Both the position numbers and the translations under genes were made by a program. 64,000 bases of DNA from Eledone cirrhosa (lineage: Eukaryota): NCBI GenBank assembly GCA_964016885.1, contig OZ024743.1:116560001-116624000 (forward strand), written 5' to 3'. This document shows, piece after piece, positions 1 to 12,653 of the stretch. The notes beneath the pieces were generated by a model. It was not told the DNA's origin, did not search any database, and saw nothing but the letters and a program-made list of their open reading frames with translations. Each line of letters starts with the position of its first letter. Position 1 is the stretch's first letter.

Positions 1-210
1 CAGAGCCCTGCGGCGATAGGCAATATCCGGAGGTAACAGGTGGAGGTAACTTATAGGAATTGCCAGTCTGACTCCGGTCTCTTTCCCTGCCCCCACTGTC
101 CCCGCATCTGCAAGTCAAGGATCGGCCTCGACAGCCACCTTCCTGCCCACGGCAGACGGGAACAAGCATAAAGAAGATTTCATCATCGTTTACGATGGAC
201 AATCAAGAAG
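1..210 (+). mobile_element. 3' end of an RTE-clade LINE
   Basis: 79-171 reads LFPCPHCPRICKSRIGLDSHLPAHGRREQA*, matching the C-terminal C2H2-like motif of RTE ORFs. It is followed by a short 3' UTR (catcatcgtttacgatggac) and an aagaag tail. Confidence 0.75.
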
Positions 211-847
211 ATATTCATGTTTACATCGCTATTTCAGAGCACCGATTCTAATTTTCAATGTTTGCGGGACCGGCAATCGCTCTGTATAATCAGTTCCTGA
301 TTATTACTGGAATTCTATAAGAATCCAGCCTATATAATTTTCAACAAAGGTCGGCGAGTGCTAAGCTCTGATGATCACCAACAGTGTGAAACATATATGT
401 CCGCTTCTCCCCCTTCGTTTGTTGAAAAAAGAAATAAGTGACATAGTCACTACTTTAAAATAATAGCGCAAGGTCTTCAAAATGTTTGTAAATAAGCATA
501 CAGTATATTGCCAAATATACTATACATATATTCATGTACACATCGCTATTTCAGAGCACCAAACCTAGTTTTCAATTTTTGCTGGATCGGCAATCGCTCT
601 GTATAATCAGTTCCTGATTATTACTGGAATTCTATTAGAATCTAGCCTCTATAATTTTCAACAAAGGTCGGCGAGTGTTAAGCTCTGTTGATCACCAACA
701 GTGTGAAACAGATCTGTCAGCTATCTCCCTTCATTTGTTAAAAAAAGAAGTGACATAGTCACTACATTAAAGTAATAGCGCAAGGTCTACGAAATGTTTT
801 TTTTTAAATTAAGCATAAAGTATATTGCCAAATATACGATACATATA

Positions 848-850
<3 letters not shown>
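211..850. repeat. Tandem repeat, two 317-bp units
   Basis: Units begin atattcatgt at 211 and 528, and a third start at 845 runs into (TA)n. The units align along their whole length. Confidence 0.9.

Positions 851-919
<69 letters not shown>
851..919. repeat. (TA)n microsatellite, representative of dozens (e.g. 5371-5414, 39666-39803, 46474-46656, 54284-54388)
   Basis: Directly visible. Confidence 0.98.
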
Positions 920-920
<1 letters not shown>

Positions 921-1233
921 TAGCAGTTTAGCTCGACGTTGCTCGGGTTTGTTCATTTGCTATGTAAAGTTACAAACAGGTAAACGTAGCTTGAAAGCGC
1001 ATAAGTTTATCAATTAAATGCATAAAGCAGTTGAACCGGTTGTTAATAGTTACGAAATAATTACCATTTGGACAATCAATGATGGGTTAATAATCTTCCA
1101 TAGCGAATTTAGTAGACCAGAGTTGCAAGATGGGGGCCCTGGTGCCGCTGGGTGTCAGATCTGTCCGCTATGGGTGACCCTACCAGTTTTCCAGACGGCT
1201 AAGCTCCAACATCTCCAACACCTGCACCAACAT

Positions 1234-4165
1234 CTATAGCACCTCTTTGTAGACGATGTTGCGTGTCATCCCTTGAGGAGTGGAAGCAAAAAGTCCATTC
1301 CTGCTCCCTACGCGGGAACAGGCAACATAAAGTTGGCCATGGGAGAAGCATGGCTCCCCCAAATGGATGCCCGCCACCGATAATGTTTGCCCTTGTGAAT
1401 TGTTAATGGACATGGCAAAACATGGTCTCATCGGCAATTGGGATCGCCGGAAATAGAACAGGATATCTGACGCCGTGGGGAAAAGGTTCATCCTTGGTAT
1501 GAAAACATTCTCCCCTCTCCCGCACCCCGTTAGAATGGTGGCCTCAATCAAGTGGGGCGTCAGTGACTAGAAGACCATGCGAGTACCGTTACCCTGCTTT
1601 GGTGGACGCAAGTTCCTTATTAGCATAATGGGAGAGCCCATCCTAAGCTTAAGAATGTGAGGTTGGAACCCTGGGGGCTCAGGGAATTTAATAACTAAAC
1701 CGGATAATTACCGATATCGTCGGGGTCTGACGTCCGGTCGATAGATTTGAAGATGTGTTCTTTACCGGGAATTTTCTCAATCAGCTGCTCGTTAATAAAA
1801 TTAACCATGGTATTTTTCGAAGCAAGGATGGCTGTTTCGCTGAGCCAATCGAGGTTTTTAAAGTTAGATGAGGCATTAGGAAAAACAGCTTTCCAAAGGT
1901 CAGAAGTGCTGCTCACAATGTTGCACAGGGAGTCGATTGCTATGCCGCCCTTGTCATCCGCAGGTACATTTCCCTCACCAATTCCTAAAATATTCTGAGC
2001 AGATGCTGCAGACATGTTGTCACCATATAAATGAGCACGCATATTTGTGCTCAGGTACAAACTCTTCATCTGCAGCCACAACATGGACGATTTAAGACAG
2101 GCACGCACTTCATCAGCTCTTGTCCCTTTGGGGATTACAGGCAGCGTTTGCAAAAAACCCCTGATAGCAGAAGGGTTACGCCACCCATAGGAGCCGTAGA
2201 ATACCTGATGTCTTTCAGGGTCTTGTCCAATGCCTCAAGGACACCCTTGTGTGCCATTGTGCACTCATCCCAAACAATGAGGCAACATTTTTTGAAAACC
2301 AGAGCTTCGTGTAAACTCTTGCTGATATTGCATGTTGGTGTCTCAGTTTTTACTAAATCCAAGGGGAGTTTAAAGGTTGAATCTGTTGTCCTGCCTCCCG
2401 GCAGCAAAGTAGCAGCGATCCCGGACAATGCAACGGCCAACGCAATTTTTTTCTCCTGAAGAATTTTGGCGAGAATCAATTTCGTTACATAAGTTTTTCC
2501 GCTACCCCCAGGAGCATCGAGAAAGTAAATATCCCCAGTCTGATTTTAAACTGCGTCAATGATAGTTAAATAGGCCAACCTTTGTTCCGACAGAAATTTG
2601 GGCTCATTTTCCTCTAAGTATCGGGAAAGAGATTCGATGTCATATGCTGTTTCCCGCAACAAATCCGGGGCCAACGTGTTAGCTTCCACTCTGACGGTTG
2701 ACGGCAAGCCATACGTCGCCAACTCACTCCCACCCATGTCCAGGAGGGCGTCCTCGATATCAATGAGCGCCCTGTTGTAGATAATGTCGCTGTAACCAAC
2801 TTCCAGCTAAGTATACTGCAGATGAGCCAGGCGCGGGAAGTCCTCAGACATGAAGTCTCTGTACTTGACCCATAAAGATTTGGGATCACCCAATTCACAC
2901 TTTTGAAGCAAAATAGCAACGAGTTCCCGTAGACCTTTAGGTGATTTCAACAAAGCACCCTCTGCTAAAGTGGAATCCCATTGCAAATCATCTTCCAAAA
3001 GACCACGCTTAAAGCAGGCTTCCCGGTACGTATCACATATTTCTCCATCAACAGTTTTGATGTCCAGAAAACTTTGTGGGCCACACAACTTCATGCAGAA
3101 GAAGGCGGAGATGAAAGCACTCATGCTGACTTGGTGGCAAGTGTAAACCCTTCCAAGAGCTGTCAAATTTTACACCAGGATTTCTTTCAGCAGCCTGACC
3201 TAACTTTCTTCGCACCCAAGTGTTTTTCGACCATATAAAGTAGGATGGAACCTGGGAGTACACAATTGTTTGCGCAAATGTATCGAACTGGCAAAGTTTG
3301 AAGAAACCCGTCAGAGTGGTCTCTTTCAGATCGGCGGCCAACTTGGCGGCGGTTTGGTCCGTAAAGTAAACAATTTGCCCATTTTCAAAATGTACCGTAA
3401 GCTGTACGATGGCGGGGTGACGTTGGTGTAGGGGTAAACCAAATAGGCGCCACAAAGCTTCATTGATACTGATGTACCGCCCCGCCAGGTATTCTGTGAC
3501 CTCGTCCCTGCTATTTTCAGCTTGAAATGCGAACATTGCGGCATCAGAGCCCTTATTTACATATTTACATATGTATTTTATCGACTTGACGGAGTTGCAA
3601 AACTCAACGTTGATGTGGGCGTTGAAAATCTTCAAGAGAAGCGGGCAGTAAGGGACGACCAATCTATTGTCGACTTGACCTTCCCTTACTGTTGTGGTGA
3701 ATCCACCGCTCTCAGGCGGTCTCCGCCTGTACAGGGGGTACCCGTCGCCACCAGTCTGAGTCTGGTCAACAAATTTTTGGGGGTATCCCTTACTGCACGA
3801 CCCCCCCCCCCCCTTTTAGACACGTGTGATGATCATTAGGACCCGACGCACACGGACCATGAATCATGTTATGTTTGACGATGTCATGTAATTCCTGGTC
3901 AGTTGCTGAGTTAGGGATTTCAGCCGAAATGAAGCTGTCTATGGCTCTTTAATAGATTTTATCATCTAACCAAATCAAAATGTGAGCATGTGGCAGCTTT
4001 TGTTTTTGCCATTAGACGGTGAACATGTCACATTTTACAGCCCCAAATACCTGACCATTTTTTATTAAAGCCATGAGTTTAGCTAGTTTCAGTTTGAACA
4101 CTCTGGCAATGAGGTCATGTCTGTTCGAATAATTTTGCCCAGGAAAAAGTTCACGGGTTACATTC
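1234..4165 (-). pseudogene. Helitron Rep-Helicase (HUH endonuclease plus PIF1-like SF1B helicase), frameshifted
   Basis: Rep motifs: V*WQKQKLPHAHILIWL (~4017-3967), DGYPLYRRR, KSIKYICKYVNKG. Helicase motifs: SGIAATLLPGGRT, LIVWDEC, QTLPV, SQGQTL, FSHGQLYVACSRV. Many stops and frameshifts. Confidence 0.93.
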
Positions 4166-4266
4166 CGATTCATATGTCTATAGCATTAATCTGTTATATG
4201 AAGTGTTATTTTGCGGGTTGTTTTTTGCAATAAGCCGATTGAAAATGCGCCAGATAAGCCGATGTC

Positions 4267-4548
4267 AATACGGAACGCTCCACTGCAGTGTTGTCATATA
4301 GTGAGTGAAGAGCGACAGAGAGAGTAAAGCAGTTAAATTATAGAGAGGGGAATATACGGAACGCACCATTTGATCATATACATTGTTTCTCTCTCTGCAG
4401 TGTTGTCATATAGGGAGTGAAGAGCGACAGAGAGAGTAAAGCAGTTAAATTATAGAGTGGGGGAATATACGGAACGCTCCATTTGATCATATACTTTGTT
4501 TCTCTCACTGCAGTGTTGTCATATAATGAGTGAAGAGCGACAGAGAGT
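4267..4548. repeat. ~113-bp minisatellite in the Helitron 5' region
   Basis: tacggaacgc...ctgcagtgttgtcatata...gagcgacagagag recurs at ~4267, 4351 and 4464. Confidence 0.85.
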
Positions 4549-5366
4549 TTGTTGTTTTATAAATTCATCTGTTGCTTTTGAATATTTGTTATTTGATGTA
4601 AAATGTAACGTTGAGAGAGCAATATGTATTTAGTGTTATCGGCTTTTTAAATTTTGATATTTGATGTATGAGTGTCGTTATGGCTGTTTGTTGTTGTATA
4701 AAATGATGTTTTGCTTAGTTATCAATGTTTTTTATGTTTCCGAACGAATAGGGGGGATGATCTATTATATACAGAGAGAAGATCGACGGATATAGTGAAG
4801 CTAGTGTTAAACCTCGAAGCATGAAGAGAGTAAAGCAGTTAACTTATAGAGAGGGGGAATAATCTATTGTAGAGAGAGCAAAGAGCGACGGAGAGAGTAA
4901 AGCTATGGTTGTTGTGTTGCTTAGGTTTCAAAGTTTGTGTCGCGTTCCTTCAAAAGAATTATTGTCGTTGTTCTAAATTGTAATGGTGATAGAGTAGTAG
5001 ACAGAGGCAGTAACCTTTTAAAGAGAGTTGTAGAGGAGATTGAGTGGGGAGTAGAGAGAGTGATGAACCTTGTAAAGAGAGTTGCAGAGGAGATTGAGTG
5101 ATGAACCTTTTAAAGAGAGTTGCAACATGTATGTATTTTCATATATTTTTCATGGTAATAGTGAGAGAATGAAGCGTGTAAGAGAGAGGGTTACAGCATG
5201 TATTTAGTTTTATCGATTTTTTTCATAGAAGCAGGACATTTTTGGCACAAATAATTTCGCATTGATCTGCCCTGGTAAGCATATTGGAAAAAAAAAATCA
5301 TCAAAATCGGTAGAGAAATGTGGAAATGCATAAAGATCATACACACACACAGACAGACATCTACCG

Positions 5367-5414
<48 letters not shown>

Positions 5415-5418
<4 letters not shown>

Positions 5419-5545
5419 ACGAATTGTTATGTCGTCATTACGTTTATTTATTAGTGACGCGCGTATTGCTATTGATCAGCTCAAGGTTCGGTGGATATCG
5501 ATCTAGCCCGACTCTGGAATCAAAAGCTCGTCGGACCTCTGCTGT
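5415..5545 (-). mobile_element. Short ~130-bp microsatellite-flanked element, homologous to 59628-59770 and more distantly 17782-17915
   Basis: The reverse complement shares ccgacgag-ttttgat-ccagagtcgggcta ... gagctgatca-tagc ... attcgtcctt with 59650-59769. Confidence 0.7.
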
Positions 5546-7907
5546 ATATCTCTATATATTTTTTTAAATTAAAATAACAGATTAAAGTTTAAGCAAAGAA
5601 TCGCTGCTTTCACCCTTAACGGGATCTTCTGAAACTAACAAAGTCAATGTGTAAACGCAGAACTGGATATTTCAAAAAACATTGCAACCAGAGGAAGAGA
5701 GGAAGACGATGCTTTGGTTCGTGGGAACGTTCGCTGGCAAAGAACGGGAAAAAACGAATATAATCCGTAATTAATAGGGGCGGTGAAAAACAATTACGCG
5801 CAAAGACAGAACCACTTTATGGTAGAAAAGAGGTCGTAGACTAATGTTCTCTTAGGTGGTGCATAGAGATGTTCTCTGGCAATGAACGAAAAAACGAAGA
5901 TAATACGTCATATGTGGAGCGTGGAGAACAATAGCACGCAAAGACAAAACCACGTAAATGGTATAACAGAAGTCGTAGACTAAAATTCTAACTAGGAGAC
6001 CAAATGAATCTCCGCTACAGAGTTAAGAACAAAGTAAATAAATACAATACAGAAGTATAAGAAATAAATAAATACATACATGCAAACAGATACGTACATA
6101 CACAAGCATACGCAAGACCTTACCATAGGTATAAAAAACCACGCACATATAAATATGTGTGTGTGTGTATGCGTGTATACAAATAAATAAATAATTATAT
6201 AAACGTATATAAATAGATAAATACGTATATAACAAGCACACACACATACCTACATATAAAAACACGAATGTTCGGAGACGTAAGTCAACTAAAACAAGAA
6301 GTACACATGTACACAAACCCACCATACGTACGAACCTGCATACTCCCGTATACACATAGCCAAACCCTATGTACCAGAATATATGAAATTATACGCCAAA
6401 ACAATCAAATATACGTACCAGCAGGTATACGTACCTTCACAAAACATACGGATAGTATATACTTACCTATGCAAATAAGTAAAGGAATAAACAAAACATA
6501 TACTTAGCTCCCACATCAAGACGTAAAATATCCACGTATAGATCGTACTATCCGTTAGGGTATAACGTGGGGCTGTAATACAGGAAAGTTTTGTGCAATT
6601 TATGTTTACAAGCCGAATTGCCTCAGATGTTTTGTTTAAGATGTGGTCTGTGGCGTAGAGTATTTCCAGGGCCTCAGCGGCGCAGAGGTCACATGGTCTT
6701 TTATCTCCGTTATACGATCTAGCCCTAGCTAGGATCTCCCAGTGTAACTTGTATTGGGTGTGGTTGTCTTTTAGACTCCAGATATAAGCTGAAAGTGACG
6801 TCATATTCCTTCTTAGAGGGTAACGAAAAGAGTGGGTATGCATGTAAAGACGCTGCTTGAAACTATTGGCGGTTAACCCTATGTAGGCCCTACGGGACGT
6901 GGGTGTTACAACCTTACATTTGTAGACAATGTTACTAGAGAGGCATTTCCCGGATAGGGGGCAATCAGCCCGATTCCTACAATTACAGTTAGTACTAACT
7001 ACAGGGTTGCACGTGTTCCTACGGCTAGGTAGTTTAGCTAAATTTGAAGCTGTGATGTTATGTGCAAGGTTAGGAGTCGAAGAGTAAGAAATTTTAATAG
7101 TATTTCTATTAAAAATTTTACTATATTTTTGTGTAGGGGGAAAATGCATCGTAATAAGGGAAAGAAAGATCTTAGCTAATGGTGTGGCGACGTCCATATT
7201 ATATGGTGGGTTATACCAACAAATGCGACGGGATCTATTTCTTCTAGGTCTATTTTCGTACTCTGTATATGCTAGCTTATCGATAAATCCACTTTACATG
7301 CATACCCATTTTTTTCGTTACCCTCTAAGAAGGTACATGACGTCACTTTCAGCTTATATTTGGAGTCTAAAAGACAACCACACCTAATATAAGTTACACT
7401 GGGAGATCCTAGCTAGGGCTAGATCGTATAACGGAGATAAAAGACCATGTGACATCTGCGCCTGTGTATGTATTTATTTATTTCTATTACTTCTGTATTG
7501 TATTTATTTACTTTGTTCTTAACTCTGTAGCGGAGATTCATTTGGTCTCCTAGTTAGAATTTTAGTCTACGACTTCTGTTATACCATTTACGTGGTTTTG
7601 TCTTTGCGTGCTATTGTTCTCTACGCTCCACATATGACGTATTATCTTCGTTTTTTCGTTCATTGCCAGAGAACGTCTCTATGCACCACCTAAGAGAACA
7701 TTAGTCTACGACCTCTTTTCTACCATAAACGTGGTTCTGTCTTTGCGCGTAATTGTTTTTTACCGCTCCTATTAATGACGTAATATTCGTTTTTTCCTGT
7801 TCTTCGCCAGCGAACGTTTCCACGAACCAAAGTATCGTCTTCCTGTCTTCCTCCGGTTGCAACGTTTTTTGAAATATCCAGTTCTGCGTTTACAGATTGA
7901 CTTTGTT

Positions 7908-7958
7908 AGTTTCAGAAGATCCGGTTAAGGGTGAAAGCAGCGATTCTTTGCTTAAACT
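7908..7958 (+). ncRNA. Type-I hammerhead motif with U4A core (copies at 5586-5636 minus and 11108-11158 plus)
   Basis: Consensus agttt-CAGAAGA-tccc gttaa gggt-GAAA-gca gcgattctt tgc-TT-aaact. This copy has tccg in stem II, and the third copy is mutated at the cleavage site. Confidence 0.65.
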
Positions 7959-8112
7959 TTAATCTGTTATTTTAATAAATATTTGCTCTACGGTTCTTAT
8001 ATATTTGATATATATTTATCCTTATCGAGCCCTCTTTGCATTTTAGTCTTCAAATTTATTATTATTACTATTTGGCTCCCTCGGTCGAGCACTCTACCGA
8101 CTTATATTCATC

Positions 8113-10140
8113 ATGCAGAAACAACATCTGAATATTTCTACAAAGAACATACCCGTACCAAGCAAGAAAACATACCTAAAACTCCTGATACAGAAAACAG
8201 ACGCGTTCATTAAAAGGTTGCGTTGGCGTGGCTTTTATTTCGATAATCCGCGAAAAGCAGACAACAAACAGGATATATTTGGATTTAAAACCTATAATAA
8301 CCCCCCGTGGAACCCAGCATTGCTACCCTTCGAAAATGATGTCTTGAAACTCATACGGAGTATCAAATTTCGGAATAGGAGCAATTCCTTCCAGCAAGAC
8401 CTTAAGAATAGAATTCGTTCTATTAAGGATTCTAACGCTGTGCACGTCCATTCTGACAAAACTGGCAACCTATATCAAGTGGAGCGCAGTACTAACCATC
8501 AACTACTACATAATGCTGTAACTAAGGATTACCGTAAAACTAATCGGTGCGTCATCAATGAAATCAACGATGCTGGGTTTACCCTGAAGGATCACAAATC
8601 CAATTTTCCGAACAACCCCTCTATTCGGCTTATTAACCCTACGAAGTCTGATTTAGGTAGACTTAGTAAAACGATTCTTGATAGAATTATACCTGAAATT
8701 AGAAGTTTGGCCCCTCTTGCACTGTGGAACAATTCTTTCGCGGTGATTGATTGGTTCAACGGCATATGTAACAAGGAACATTGCCGTTTTATCCAATTCG
8801 ACATCAACAATTACTACTCCTCCATCACTTTACCACTTCTCCTTCGAGCTTTCAATTTCGCTAAAACACTCACAGTGGTTAAGGATTTCGAAGTTGATGT
8901 CATCCTCAATGCCCGAAAGTCGGTGATTAATTTCGACGACTCTATTTGGGTAAAAAAAATCCAATAGTACCCCAATCGACGTGAGTATGGGCGCCAGTGA
9001 CTCTGCGGAGGTTACTGATATTATTGGCCTTTTCCTTCTTTTCTCTATCAAGGACGAATTCCCCAACGCGGGCGGTGGTTTGTACCGTGACGATGGTCTT
9101 TTGACCATGACTAAGTGCGGACCTCGTGCTTGCGACATTTTCAGAAAAGAACTACTCACAGCCTTCTTTAAAGGCTTCAACCTCTCTATACAGGTTGAGG
9201 CCAATCTCTCGGTCGTTAATTACCTCGACGTTACCCTCAATATATTGAATGGATTGTATTACCCGTAGAGAAAGCAGAATGATACGTTTAATTACATAAG
9301 TAAGCATTCCAACCTTCCTGCCAGCATAACCAAGAACCTGGTAAGAAACGTTTCGTTGAGGCTTTCCCGTCTTTCCACCAACGAGCGTATTTTCAGCGAC
9401 CATTCCACTTATTACAATGAAGCTCTTGCTCGATGTGGATTTGTCGATAAGGTAGCATATACAGAGTACGAAAATAGACCTAGAAGAAATAGATCCCGTC
9501 GCATTTGTTGGTATAACACACCATATAATATGGAGGTGGCCACACCATTAGCTAAGATCTTTCTTTCCCTTATTACGAAGCATTTTCCCCCTACACATAA
9601 ATATAGTAAAATTTTAATAGAAATACTATTAAATTTTTTTACTCTAAGACTCCTAACCTTGCACAAAACATCACATCTTCAAATTTAGCTAAACTACCTA
9701 GCCGTAGGAACACGTGCAACCCTGTAGTTAGTACTAACTGTAATTGTAGGAATCGGGCTGATTGCCCCTATCCGGGAAATGTCTCTCTAGTAACATTGTC
9801 TACAAATGTAAGGTTGTAACACCCACGTCCCGTAGGGCTTACACAGGGTTAACCGCCAATAGTTTCAAGCAGCGCCTTTACATGCATACCCATTCTTTTC
9901 GTTACCCTCTAAGAAGGAATATGACGTCACTTTCAGCTTATATCTGGAGTCTAAAAGACAACCACACCCAATATAAGTAACACTGGGAGATCCTAGCTAG
10001 GGCTAGATCGTATAACGGAAATAAAAGACCATGTGACCTCTGCGCCGCTGAGACCCTGGAAATACTCTACCCCACAGACCACATCTTAAATAAAACATCT
10101 GAGGCAATTTCGGCTTGTAAACATAAATTTCACAAAACTT
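8113..10140 (+). pseudogene. PLE reverse transcriptase plus GIY-YIG endonuclease, frameshifted
   Basis: STKNIPVPS, TLKDHK...RLINP, FIQFDINNYYSSI, SMGASDSAEV, GLYRDDGL, NYLDVTL, WYNTPY, CPLSGKCLSSNIVYKC, AYTGLTANSFKQR. The inverted copy at 6463-7197 keeps AYIGLT and CDLCAAE. Confidence 0.93.
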
Positions 10141-11265
10141 TCCTGTATTACAGCCCCACGTTATACCCTAACGAATAGTACGATCTATACGTGGATATTC
10201 TACGTCTTGATGTGGGAGCTAAGTATATGTTTTGTTTATTCCTTTACTTATTTGCATAGGTAAGTATATACTACCCGTATGTTTTGTGAAGTTACGTATA
10301 CCTTCTCGTACGTATATTTGATTGTTTTGGCGTATAATTTCATATATTCTGGTACATAGGGTTTGGCTATGTGTATACGGGAGTTTTTACGTCTGTGTGA
10401 GTATGCAGGTTCGTACGTATGGTGGGTGTGTCTATATGTGTACTTCTTGTTTTAGTTGACTTACGTCTCCGAACATTCGTGTATTTATATGTAGGTATGT
10501 GTGTGCGCTTGTTATATACGTATTTATTTATTTATATACGTTTATATAATTATTTATTTATTTGTATACACGCATACACACACACACATATTTATATGTG
10601 CGTGGTTTTGTATACCTATGGTAAGGTTTTGCGTATGCTTGTGTATGTACGTATCTGTTTGCGTGTATGTATTTATTTATTTCTATTACTTCTGTATTGT
10701 ATTTATTTACTTTGTTCTTAACTCTGTAGCGGAGATTCATTTGGTCTCCTAGTTAGAATTTTAGTCTACGATTTCTGCTATACCATTTACGTGGTTTTGT
10801 CTTTGCGTGCTATTGTTCTCCACGCTCCACATATGACGTATTATCTTCGTTTTTTCGTTCATTGCCAGAGAACGTCTCTATGCACCACCTAAGAGAACAT
10901 TAGTCTACGACTTCTTTTATACCATAAACGTGGTTCTGTCTTTGCGCGTAATTGTTTTTCACCGCTCCTATTAATGACGTATTATTCGTTTTTTCCCGTG
11001 CTTTGCCAGGGAACGTTTCCACGAACCAAAGTATCGTCTTCCTGTCTTCCTCCGGTTGCAACGTTTTTTGAAATATCCAGTTCTGCGTTTACAAGATTGA
11101 TTTTGTTAGTTTCAGAAGATCCCGTTAAGGGTGAAAGCAGCGATTCTTTGATGAAACTTTAATCTGTTATTTTAATAAATATTTGCTCTACGGTTCTTAT
11201 ATATTTGATATATATTTATCCTTATCGAGCCCTCTTTGGATTTTAGTCTTCACATTTATTATTAT

Positions 11266-11308
<43 letters not shown>

Positions 11309-11309
11309 A

Positions 11310-12450
11310 TGTTGAGAAGTGTCACACGAGTTCATATATATTTGGAAAATAAGAAAAAACGTATAACATGCTAATAGAATAATCTCATAGTAAATATATA
11401 TAGGCTGTAGCATGTACAAGTCATAAAACATGATCCTGCAAAGCGATAACAATACTAGTTGAGCCAACACATGGAAAACAGTGTGAACTCCTCTGTTTTT
11501 AGATATTCAGTTGTATTTTAATATTGATTTTTAATGGGCTTCAATATATTTATTTCGGAGAAATTTCACTTTTATTTGAATCTGTCTAGGTATTTTAACT
11601 AAACTTTTATGGACTCTGAGAGATTTTAATTTTAAACATGTATTTATTGTACTACATATATGTGTTATCGTTAATAGCAATTTCGTTTTTGCTTTGTTTA
11701 TCTATTCGAGGTTTTATTTGCTTTTGACCCGAGGATAATGTATCAACATAATATTTGATGTTAACTCATAAAGTCCAGGAAATTAAATTCATATCACTTT
11801 TCACATCACAGTTTAGCTATTTGTTTTATGTTTGGGGAGTGGGTCTTTTTCCTCTGTAATGACAAATATAGAATCTATATTAGTTTCATTTCCTCAAATC
11901 ACAGTGTCTTGTTAATAGATGTGAGAGAAATGAAAAAAATTTAATAAATCAATAGCGATTCCAGTTCAATTAGGTAAATTGTATACGGAGTGACAGTATA
12001 TTGTAAATATACGGTACATTTTATACTATGAGAGAGAAGTTAAATTATTCCAATAATAAATGTAAAAAACTTGGTAGTTTGTTTCCACGAAATTTTATGA
12101 CTTACATTAGGGGGCATTTTAGAAAAATAAACGTTTGTTTGTTTTGACGAGTTATGGTATACATTTTATATTTTATTGGTTTTATAGGGAAGAAAGATAA
12201 ATGATTCTTTTAATGGTTTAGTCAGGTGGGAGTTTTGTTTATAGCATCAGCAGGTTCTCTATATCTTGTGAGATATATATATGGGTAATGTTCAACTTGG
12301 ATATGATGTTATAGAGCATTCGGTGTTTGGGTTGTAAAAGACGCATTATGAATGAGTTGTACACTTAAATTTAACGTGTTTTAATTAGACAGTAGGTTGT
12401 GTTTGAAGGAACAATTTCGTGTATAATTCTAATCTACAACAGATTACTTT
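11310..12450 (-). mobile_element. Probable old PLE remnant
   Basis: The TA-adjacent end (cacacgagttcatatatatttgg) resembles the family E terminus at 40501-40543, and there is a faint KCPL-like trace near 12110. Highly decayed. Confidence 0.35.
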
Positions 12451-12459
12451 AACGAAACA

Positions 12460-12653
12460 TTGTTTCTAACATAAGCACAATGACTGAAACTTATCGCCGG
12501 TAAAGGTGATAAAATCGACCCGAGTACTTCATTGATTTATCGACCTCGGAATGATAACATGCAAAGTTTGTCACTTGTATTAGAACTCATGAGGTAAAGA
12601 GCCGTAACTATGAGGTATTTGGTTCGGTGCTTTAACGCTTCTAACCATCCACC
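12460..12653 (-). mobile_element. Degenerate tRNA-derived SINE
   Basis: Aligns loosely with the young SINE at 18741-18923. Confidence 0.6.

Larger units (their letters stand above)
920..5372 (-). mobile_element. Degenerate, internally deleted Helitron inserted in (TA)n
   Basis: The minus-strand 3' end is CCCGAGCAACGTCGAGCTAAACTG-CTAG|T (subterminal hairpin plus CTAG at 923-920). The 5' region near 5260-5372 has gtctgtctgtgtgtgt and ccgattttgatga motifs. Rep/Hel remnants lie inside. Confidence 0.9.
5565..11268 (+). mobile_element. PLE family D: inverted partial arm (5565-7291, minus), then deleted pLTR, ORF and pLTR (7292-11268, plus)
   Basis: 5565-7291 is the reverse complement of ~9436-11176. 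~7462-8070 directly repeats ~10661-11268. An RT plus GIY-YIG ORF lies between, and each pLTR has an HHR motif. Confidence 0.95.
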
